Of a DNA stretch of 64,000 nucleotides, positions 9,992-18,529 are shown in pieces. The stretch comes from Alphaproteobacteria bacterium (GTDB lineage: Bacteria; Pseudomonadota; Alphaproteobacteria; UBA828), in assembly GCA_965214705.1 (NCBI GenBank), contig OZ243972.1, positions 2,112,001-2,176,000 of the forward strand, in the 5' to 3' direction. The notes beneath the pieces are model-generated. The model made no database searches. It was not told the origin of the DNA and was given only the letters and a program-made list of their open reading frames with translations. Each line of letters opens with the position of its first letter. The first letter of the stretch is position 1. Both the position numbers and the translations under genes were made by a program.

Positions 9992-10858
9992 AACCTTGTG
10001 CGCCCGCTTGAGCATGGACCAAAACGACTCCATGCCATTGACGTGGGCTTGGTTGCGGACATACTCGCCAGCACTGTGGTTCACGGCCTCGCGGTCGAAC
10101 TCGCCTTCCAGCGGGTTGTAGGCTGCGCTTTCGTCCGTATAGACCTTCGCGCCCGGCTCGGTCTTCTCTGCGACGAAGCCCGCGACATGCGGGGCATCCG
10201 TGTTCTGAATGTGCCGCACCGCGACGCGGTTGGTGGCGCGGTCCTTGGTGCCGACCACGGCCTCTTTGCCGACTGCACCGCGCCCGCTCAGCGTCTTCCG
10301 CTTGGCCTTCGACATGTTCGCGCGCCGCCCACCCACGTATGTCTCATCGGCCTCGACCGGCCCCGAGAATAGCGATTCGCTCTCGGCGGACCAAGCCTCC
10401 CTGATCCGATGCAGCATGAACCAAGCGGTCTTCTGCGTCACCCGCAGGTCGCGATGCAGCTTCATCGACGACACGCCCTTGAGGCTGGTCATCTCCAGGT
10501 AGATGGCGAAAACCCACTTGCGCAGCGGAACCTTGGAGCGCTCCAAGGCCGTGCCGATCCGCACCGAGAAGGCCCGCTTGCAGGCCGGGCAGTAGTAGGG
10601 CAGGCCGGACGTGGCGGACGCTTCCGCAGTCTCGGTGCATCCGCAGCGCGGGCAATGGCGACCATCCGGCCAGACCAGAGACTCGAACCACGTGGCGGCG
10701 GAAGCCTCGTCCGGGAACATCTCGGTCAACTCGATCAGGCTGATTCCCTCGCGGTGCGCTTTGCCCGGTGCCTTCTTCGCCATCGCCCTAACCCCTTGTG
10801 CTAACGTCTTGATCTGAATATAGGGGTTCACGACCGTTCAGTCAAGTATATAATCCCC

Positions 10859-11127
10859 TAAATTAGAGCCATCCGCCCGTATTTCGAGACGTTCTCGATT
10901 GCGTCAGGGCTCTGCGATAATATTGTTGTCAAAGCGGCAACACCTACGAGTATGTTTAGGTAAGTCCCTCCTTCATCTATGTACAGCGTAATATCGAAAC
11001 CCTGACCATAGATGTCAGCAGTGGTCGATTTGAGGCCAATCTCGAACGATTGCCTCCTATCGGCAAACTGAGATTCTTCATATATGTGCCGGGTCGTGTG
11101 GATGTATGTCGCCGCCACCAAGATCAT
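10859..11127 (-). pseudogene. 5' part of an unknown lower-GC gene, interrupted by the IS1595 transposon and again by element copy 1
   Basis: ...KYGRMALI continues across the TSD into 2249-2204 as YGSEVIEKAREEFKLS with no stop. Confidence 0.65.
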
Positions 11128-11368
11128 ACGCCCCTCCTGTGTTCCAGCGAAAACCCAGCTTATTTTGGCGAGGCCTGCGCCCTAGAATTTCCGAATTGCC
11201 AATAAAGGGAACATTCAACCGGCTGCTGCGGGTGCGCTCGCCGAGATGATGAAGGGTGTTGCCGAGAGCTTTCTACGTCACGGCCCAGTCGAGGAGCGTG
11301 CGTTCGTGGGTGGGGTGATCGCAACGCATGCCGTCGTTGGATTTTGGATTGGAGCCGACATATCAATC

Positions 11369-12433
11369 TCAGTTCTCCTGTGCGGATGGATACTCCAAAG
11401 GCTGCGCGTTGCTCCAGCCCCTGTGAGGCGCGCCATTCGAACGCATGTGCAACTTCCCTTTGGGCTGAAACACGCGCCGGCCACGGTGGATCAGGGCCCG
11501 TACCACCGCATTCTTGGGGTGCTCAGGGTCGCTGGTGTTAGCGGACACGATTGCGTCGAATGTCGAAGACGCGAGCCGACCCGGGAGGCGCGGGCCGAGC
11601 CAGGTGTCCAACACTGCAGGGGAGAGGTTCCGCCGAGAACCATGATGAGGAACCTGAAACCAATTGAGTGGTGATGTCACAATCCCCATTTGCGAAGCTG
11701 CCTGATAGGCTTCCGTCAACGACCGCACACCTGCGTCGCCGGTAAGGAGCACCTTCGTTCCGCAAACGTCCGCGAACTGGACCACGCTCGTTTCGTTGTC
11801 CGGCGATGTACCATCCGTGTCACCCTTCAGGTTCTCCTCGCCCCAATCGGCGGGTGAGACGGTCTCCACAATCAAAGCCTGCAACGCATCCAACACCGAG
11901 GCCGTTGCTGGCGTCTTCTCGGACTGCGCGACCAGAGTGAGATAGGTAAGCGGCGAAGGAGAAAGAACGGTGAACGCGCCGATTCTGGCGCCCTGGAAGA
12001 CGTCCATGATCTGGGTCCCTTGGGCGATCGCCAGCCTCTCTAGCGTCGCAACCTTCTCGAAGTCCCTCTTGAGTCGTGCAGTAAGGCGTTCGCGGTCCTG
12101 GTAGCGCTCAAAGAGGCCCATCAAGGCGTCGACATGTCTCCAGGGTCGGTTCATCCACAGGTTCACGACCCTCATATTACGCAGTACAGTTTCGAGCCCC
12201 GAGGCGTGATCGAGGTCGGAATGGGTGAGAACGAGATGGTTAATGTAGTACTGAGGGTGATAGTGCTCCCGGATGTGATCGACGAGCTTCTGCCCGTCGG
12301 CCGCATAACCGCCGTCGACGACGTGAACGTAGTCGATTGCATTGCATCGATGTCGGATCGCTATGGCGTCGCCGCTACTTCGGTCCCCGGCCTCAATGAA
12401 GTCGATTTCGATGAAGTCCGTCACTTCAAGCAC
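11369..12433 (-). CDS. Metallo-beta-lactamase-fold hydrolase (ComEC/Rec2-like)
   Basis: THSDLDH, LLTGDAG and QVPHHGSRRN motifs. Confidence 0.88.
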   Translation of the reverse strand: MLEVTDFIEIDFIEAGDRSSGDAIAIRHRCNAIDYVHVVDGGYAADGQKLVDHIREHYHPQYYINHLVLTHSDLDHASGLETVLRNMRVVNLWMNRPWRHVDALMGLFERYQDRERLTARLKRDFEKVATLERLAIAQGTQIMDVFQGARIGAFTVLSPSPLTYLTLVAQSEKTPATASVLDALQALIVETVSPADWGEENLKGDTDGTSPDNETSVVQFADVCGTKVLLTGDAGVRSLTEAYQAASQMGIVTSPLNWFQVPHHGSRRNLSPAVLDTWLGPRLPGRLASSTFDAIVSANTSDPEHPKNAVVRALIHRGRRVFQPKGKLHMRSNGAPHRGWSNAQPLEYPSAQEN

Positions 12434-13103
12434 TCAAGTTGTGGTTGTCGACCGAGCGCGAAGCCAAGGACGACCCCTTGCAGGACATGACCGTCTTGAC
12501 CAGCTGCTCGCCTTGTACGCGAGCGACCCAGCGGGCGATCGCGCACTGGCACACCAAAACAGCGCCGTACGCGAGGGCACGCCCGGTTTCCGCCGCGAGC
12601 CAGAGAGATAACGGACCTGCGACGACGAGTGTTGCGGTCGAGATGACCATCCAATCACGAGCGAAGAGGTACGGTCCGTACGATGATCGAACCCGTGGAT
12701 CGTTCGAGAACTCGCCGAGCCACCCGCCCCAGAGCGCATTCTGTTCGCCCGGATCGGTCGGGAACGGGGCGAAGTGCGCTTGAAGCGCTTTCCGGTCGAT
12801 CGTCGAATCCTTGTGCATAAAGTGGCTGAAAGCACGAGAACCGGGGCGAAGCGCCGGCCAGAACACCAAGGCTTCTTTGAACCATCTGGGGAACGCCCCA
12901 TTGAAGACGCTGACAACGGTCAGAAGGGAAATGTAAGGCCAATGACCCCAAGGGTCCGTTTCAATCACAGAGAAGAGCGCCGCAATTGACTCAAGATCCC
13001 GGTTAATGAGAACGCCCGACACGACGCCCGAGAAGACCGCGACATTTAGGATCCACACGAGGACCAACTTGGGGTAGTTCCAGGTTTTCAGAGTGACCTT
13101 CAT
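12426..13103 (-). CDS. Hypothetical membrane protein (about 4 TM segments)
   Basis: Two N-terminal and two C-terminal hydrophobic stretches; overlaps the MBL start. Confidence 0.75.
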   Translation of the reverse strand: MKVTLKTWNYPKLVLVWILNVAVFSGVVSGVLINRDLESIAALFSVIETDPWGHWPYISLLTVVSVFNGAFPRWFKEALVFWPALRPGSRAFSHFMHKDSTIDRKALQAHFAPFPTDPGEQNALWGGWLGEFSNDPRVRSSYGPYLFARDWMVISTATLVVAGPLSLWLAAETGRALAYGAVLVCQCAIARWVARVQGEQLVKTVMSCKGSSLASRSVDNHNLSA

Positions 13104-14034
13104 GGGGCTCGTTCACAGTCCGCCGCTACGGCGCGGCGCACCATGCCGAGAGTTCTCTGGAACTTCAAGCAAGGGAAGCGCATCGACTGCCTTGACATCG
13201 CAATCGGTATGGACCGTGCGCATCACGTGAGGCACGACACCCAGATGCGCTTCCGGATCGAGATCCGCGCGGTCGAGTCGCCGTTCGATTATCGGAAGGT
13301 GAATCCCAAGCTCCGCCAGAATCGCTCAAGTGAAAGGGATGGCTGATGACTCAGGGCGCGCACGGCCTTCGCAGTCGTCGAGCCCGGGGAGCCGGTTGCC
13401 ATGGGACATTGCCGTCGGTTCAGGCACTGTTCGACGTGGCGGGCCGCGGCGACGCCCCGCTCCCAAGCCTCCTCACGAACGCGGGATTCCCGGCGACGGA
13501 CGCGACCCTGTAGAGACCGATGCCGGTGTGGTCGCACGCGGGCGAGAGTGGGACGCGGCCGGCGGCTGAATCTCGGGCGGGCGTCGGAGTCGCGCCCCTA
13601 GTGTGGGTTCGGCGACGATGGGCGCACCTGGACCGCCGGCTGCCGCCGCCAACTCCGCGGCAATTTCGTGCTCTACCCCAACCCGGAGTGCTTCAGCGAC
13701 ACGTGTCGTGCGTGTCGCCTGGAGGGGGCGGCGCACGCAGTCGCGCCCCTTCGTACGCCTGGCGTCGAGACGTAGGAAGTCTCCTAACTGTACTTGTAGG
13801 TCGTGGCTGATGTTTCGCTTACGTTCGCCCCATGACAAGCATTGAAGTCCGCGTTCGTGCCCGAGGATCGCGCCCCATTGTCGGTGCCGCGGAGCGAGCG
13901 CAAGACGCCCGCTTCGAAGAGGACTGTTGAGGACTTCGCACCGGGAGGTACCCACCATGGGACACGATGACGCCAGCGCATTCTCGAGACATCGAGGCGA
14001 GAACCTGGACGAGGCCGATGGAGGAAACGGCCGC

Positions 14035-14256
14035 ATGGCCGTCGACAGGCGGGTGCTGCGCATGCCCGCGGTCATGGAACGCACCGGACTTTCCAAAGCG
14101 TCGATCTATCGCCTCATGCGCGCTGATGATTTCCCGGTCGCCATCCGCCTGTGCTCTCGCGCCGTGGGGTGGCGGGCGGAGGACATCGACGAGTGGATCG
14201 CCTCGCGCGAGCGGGTCCGCGGCGACGCCGCAAGTCGCGCTCGTCGACGCGGGTGA
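14035..14256 (+). CDS. alpA: AlpA-family transcriptional regulator / recombination directionality factor
   Basis: VLRMPAVMERTGLSKASIYRLM...FP...AVGWRAEDIDEWI; GGAGG RBS. Confidence 0.9.
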   Translation: MAVDRRVLRMPAVMERTGLSKASIYRLMRADDFPVAIRLCSRAVGWRAEDIDEWIASRERVRGDAASRARRRG

Positions 14257-14506
14257 GGTCGGCAATGGCGAAGGGACGCCTGCGAAGTCCCGGCGTCGAC
14301 GCAGGGTCCGCCCGGGACAGCGTCGCGGTCGTTTGGTCGATGGGAACGTCCCTCCATGAGGTTCGCGAACACGCAGCGCGAGCTGCCACATCGCTGGTGC
14401 GTTTTGCGTCGGGGTCAGGCAACCACGTTTCCGCAGTGTGGCGAGCGATACCCCGACCGGTTCGCCGGGCGGTCATCCAATCTGCCTTGAGGAGCGAATT
14501 CAAGCT

Positions 14507-16135
14507 ATGCCCGAACACAACCTGATTCAAGCCTGCCTCGACGAGTTCGACCACGTCGCGGATGCGGGCGACGACGAGGTTGCAGGGGAGCACTTCCCGG
14601 CACTTCTTGCCACGTCCGACATGGCCTCGGAGCTTGTCGCGGACGTGACCCGCACGGCCGACCCGAACTGGCGCGCTAGGCTTGCCCTGTTCAGGACCCT
14701 GCTCGAGCGCGCGCGTGTCGATGCCGAGGGCCGTTGCCGCCTCGGAGAGAGGTTCCTGCGAGAGGTCTTCGCCGCGCTCGATGCGCTCGGGGCGGGCGGC
14801 GGGCTGGCCGAGGACCCGGGGGTCCGGCTGGCCCACGCGTTCACCCGCGCCGGCATCGAGGTGCCCCAATCGCTGGTGACGGTCCTCGCGCGACGGCTCG
14901 AAGAGCAGGCCATATCGGGCCAGCTTCGAGAGCACATCGACGCCGCCATCGACCGGCTGGAGCGCAATGCGGAGCACAAGGATGGTGTGGTGCACGAGGC
15001 TCTCGACGTACTGCTCAGGGTTCTTCCGCCGGAGTTCGGCTCGATGTGCCTCGACCATGTGTCAATCCGTGACGGCCAACTCTGTGCCCGTCTCATCGTC
15101 TGCTGCCTGTTGCACCCATCGAGAGAAATCCGTCTTCGTGCCGCGTGCGACCTCGAAGACCGTGCACGCTCCGGCCTCCTCAAGCCCGACATGCTGGCGA
15201 CGCTTGCGCTCGTTCGCAGCTGGATTCCGGCGGACAGCGCCCGCGAGATTCTCGACGAGACCCTGCGCACCGCGCTTCGCGAGGAACGGTTCCGGCCGCC
15301 CGAGCCCGAGCCCAGGCGCCTGGTGCAGCTGCAGGTCACATTCCCGACGGGCTCCGGGCAACAAGTGCTCTTCGCGGCGCTGGAGGGCGAGGAAGGCCTG
15401 GCGGTCGCGACGGTCCTGCTCGACGCGAGGCGTGGCATAAGGGGCGCCTTTGTGGTCAAGGACAGCGATGCCGGGAACGGGGAACCGGCGCGCGCGATCG
15501 GGGCGGAGATGTCCGAGGAGCGGAAGGAGGCGTTCGAGCTGATGCTGTGCGTCGCGCTTGCGGATGGGCTTTCTGCGGACGTTTCGCCTCCGGCAGGGCT
15601 GATTGACGTCGCTCTCGCGTGCGGCCTCACGAAGTTGCGCCCGCATCCGATGAGCGCGCGCGCCTGGCTTGCGAGCGTGGATCCCGCCGGGGAGATTGCA
15701 TCTCTCCCCGAACCCGTGCGTGAGCGCCTGGTCGGCCGCAGCGCGCGGTGGCCCGCCGACCATGAGGAACTGGCGACATGGTTCGAGGGCACGAAGGAGT
15801 TCGACGAAGCTGTGAAGAGCACCGGCGGAATACGGGAAGCGGAGGCGGTGTTCTGGGAGCGTCTTGAGGAGCGGCGGGGCGAGTGGGCACTGTTGATGCT
15901 ACGCGCGGCCCTTTTACTCAAGGCATCGCACGACGACGACGAGTGGCGTTCGTTCGCAGCCACGGCATCGGCCGTGCTCGATGGACGCGACCTGCATACG
16001 GTTCCCGTCATGGTCCACATCGTCAACGCGACGATTGAGGCCTGGCAGCGCGAGAACGACGTCCTTCCAGAGCGCGATAGGACCGCGGCGAGGGAATTCC
16101 CGACGCCCGATGCGGCGGCTGCGCGGGCTAGTTGA
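14507..16135 (+). CDS. Hypothetical protein (542 aa)
   Basis: Long ORF with normal composition and a GAGGAG RBS; no motif recognised. Confidence 0.7.
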   Translation: MPEHNLIQACLDEFDHVADAGDDEVAGEHFPALLATSDMASELVADVTRTADPNWRARLALFRTLLERARVDAEGRCRLGERFLREVFAALDALGAGGGLAEDPGVRLAHAFTRAGIEVPQSLVTVLARRLEEQAISGQLREHIDAAIDRLERNAEHKDGVVHEALDVLLRVLPPEFGSMCLDHVSIRDGQLCARLIVCCLLHPSREIRLRAACDLEDRARSGLLKPDMLATLALVRSWIPADSAREILDETLRTALREERFRPPEPEPRRLVQLQVTFPTGSGQQVLFAALEGEEGLAVATVLLDARRGIRGAFVVKDSDAGNGEPARAIGAEMSEERKEAFELMLCVALADGLSADVSPPAGLIDVALACGLTKLRPHPMSARAWLASVDPAGEIASLPEPVRERLVGRSARWPADHEELATWFEGTKEFDEAVKSTGGIREAEAVFWERLEERRGEWALLMLRAALLLKASHDDDEWRSFAATASAVLDGRDLHTVPVMVHIVNATIEAWQRENDVLPERDRTAAREFPTPDAAAARAS

Positions 16136-16375
16136 GACCCAGGTGCCAAGGCTACGCCGGCGGCGCGAGAAGGGAAGCAGCCCGCGGCGGACCCCTCGCC
16201 CGTTCAGCGTCGCCCGGATTCGTGAAGCACGGCCCATGCCAAGGAACTGGAGAGCGGTGGTGGGCGCAGTCGAACCCTACGACGCCCGCCCGTCAGCCGC
16301 CGTCGTCATCGGAGGCAGGCTCGCGGGTGGCCTACGCTTCGGCTTCAGACTCAAGGGCCACGGAGAAGAACAGCG

Positions 16376-16693
16376 ATGAAGCGAACCGCGAAGGATATCC
16401 TGGCTGAAGTGAAAGCGCTGGCTGCCGAGTATCACGAGCTGACCGGGAAGCCCCTTGGCGTGACCGCCGAGATCAGGGAGTTCGAGGCGGCGGAAAAGAT
16501 GGGGCTCGAATTTCGGGCAGCGCGTAGCGCAGGATATGACGCGCTACGAAGTAGGGGGCCGTGGCGGAAACCTGATACTGTCCGTGACAGGGATCGATCC
16601 AGCGACCGAGCCGCGCAGCGGCAGCGGACGACGGGACCGGAAATGGAGAACGGGCGGGCGCCGAAGAATGTCGATCGCGGGCTCGGGTTGTAG
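16376..16693 (+). pseudogene. Probable truncated gene (N-terminus resembles DUF6998-type proteins)
   Basis: YHELTGKPLGVTAEIREFEAA...GYDA followed by low-complexity sequence. Confidence 0.4.
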
Positions 16694-18529
16694 CCGCACC
16701 GATTCAGTGCCAGGTTTGCGCGATCGTTGGAATCAGTCGCTCAGCAGATACTGCGTCACCAATGCTCGAGTTATGGCTTCGCCGCGTCCCGAAAGCCTTC
16801 GAATATCCTCTTCCGACATGGCAGAGAAGTCTGTTGGGTAGCGAATCACTTCGTCTCGATCCACCCAGTTGGCCGGCTTCAATGGCACACGCCGGTCAAT
16901 CTGGCCGAGAGCGGCGTAGACGAAGCGGTCGATGCGTCCGGTTTTCGCGTGGTCGTGGAGGCGCTGCTTGGTGGCGTCCTGGACCTTGCGCATAACCGCA
17001 GAGACGACCTGGGTCATTCGCTTTGGCCAGCTGAGGGGCACCGCCTCGCCAGTGAACTGTCCGGCTCCGGCATCACTCGCGATGATGATGTCGGGGTTGT
17101 AGCTGATCGCGCTGATCCTGGGATCCCGGCCAGGCTCCATCACGCTCACGCCGAGGTTTTCGAAGACACCACCGTCGGTGACGATGACGCGGCGAACATC
17201 GGTTTGCCCGTTTCGCTCGAAAGGCCTGCTCCAGTCAAACGGTGGAAGGAATGGCGGATAGGCAGCCGAGGCGGTCACCGCGTCGGCGACCCGGAGCGCG
17301 TTCGCTGGCGCCCAGCCGTGTCTCCAGGTGCCGAAGCGCTCGTTGCTCATTCGGAACGCGGTGCCCGTTCGCAGCTCGCACGCGTTGAAGACGATCGATT
17401 TTGCTTGGCGCGTCGGCGCATCGCAGTTCTGAGTTCCGAGCGTCTCGGCGATCGCGTCGGCAACGACGTGTGTCCACGAGTAGCGGCGTCGGAGGGGCCA
17501 GGAACTCCACGAGACGGTGTTGCTTGCATTGCGGAGTCCGGGAAAGAGTGCCGCGACCCGATTCGCCATCAGTGTCGTCAGCTCGGCTGCGAACGTCGGC
17601 ACGTTCACCGCGGCAAGGTTCCACAAGAGCCGGGTAGAGCGTGCGGGGTGCATAAGTTTCCTCAGCGCGGGCCTCACCAGACCTCGACGAAGGAACCGGA
17701 CGGTTTTGCAATCGATTTCGGCGAACGGGGCGTCGGTGTAGCCGAGCAACCCGGTCATGACCGATCCGCCGGATACGCCCGAGATGACGTCGATCTCATC
17801 GAGGAGCTGAAGATCTTCGAGGGCGCGCAAAGTGCCGAGATGAAAGGCGACGGCCCTCGATCCGCCGCCCGACAGCGACAGACCGATTTTCTTGGGAAGA
17901 GACGTGACCGGAGGCGGGGCTGTCACGCCGCCGCGCGCCTCTATGGCCATCGCGATTCCGTTTCGATGCGCGGCCAGTTCGTGCTTCTCGAACGCGTAAG
18001 CACCGAGTTGGGGCTCCGGCGCCACGGCATGCCCGACGATGACCATCAGCTGCCTGGCGCCGCTATCGGGTGCACTCGCAAATATGGTGGCGATTCCCCT
18101 GAAGTCCGTGACGCTGGGCTCGGCCGGACTGACCGGATGTGAGTGCCAGGTTCCCACGTAGCGCACGATGCCGTGGGTCCGATCTTCGTAGTCCTGACAA
18201 AGATCTGTCGTGCCGTGCGTTCCGCAGAGAAAGTGTTCTGCTGAGAAACTGCTGTCGCGCGGAGGACCGCTGACGTTCGACACCCATGCGATCCCCAGGG
18301 TCTCGTCGAACTCTCCGAACAGCAACCCGCCGGTTTCTTGTTCCGGGGACCGTTCGCGGGCGCCAGCCCGGATCCAGCCGGTCATGTCGCGCCAGGCATT
18401 GGCCGACATCCGAAAGTCGAGGCCGTCGGCGACCCATCGGATATCCGGCGAAAACCGAAAGGTTAAGGGTTGGGCAGGCTCTCTCTCGAGAGCCTGCCCA
18501 ACCCTTTTGAACGAAGCCGCGGGCCACGA

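Larger units (their letters stand above)
7330..9995 (+). mobile_element. Tyrosine recombinase + IS91-type transposase element, copy 3 (2666 bp)
   Basis: Starts TTGAACGAAGCCGC, ends hairpin-AACC; removing it restores the IS1595 transposase. Confidence 0.95.
7140..10783 (-). pseudogene. IS1595-family transposase split by element copy 3
   Basis: 10783-9996 (CPRC...CPAC, VEADETY, ESFWSMLKRAHK) joins in frame to 7329-7140 (GVYHKLSAKHLQRYVQEF); 325 aa restored. Confidence 0.92.
2258..10858 (-). mobile_element. IS1595-family transposon with passenger genes (about 3.27 kb natively; now contains two 2666-bp insertions)
   Basis: IRs GGGGATTATATATCTGAC (2258) and GTCAAGTATATAATCCCC (to 10858); 8-bp TSD TAAATTAG at 2250-2257 and 10859-10866. 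Confidence 0.9.

Noticed and set aside
3365-9995. Copies 2 and 3 as a composite transposon around 6031-7329
   Set aside because: Each copy has its own ORF-restoring junctions, showing independent insertions
14527-16149. 540-aa Ser/Arg-rich minus-strand ORF
   Set aside because: Low-complexity shadow of the plus-strand gene
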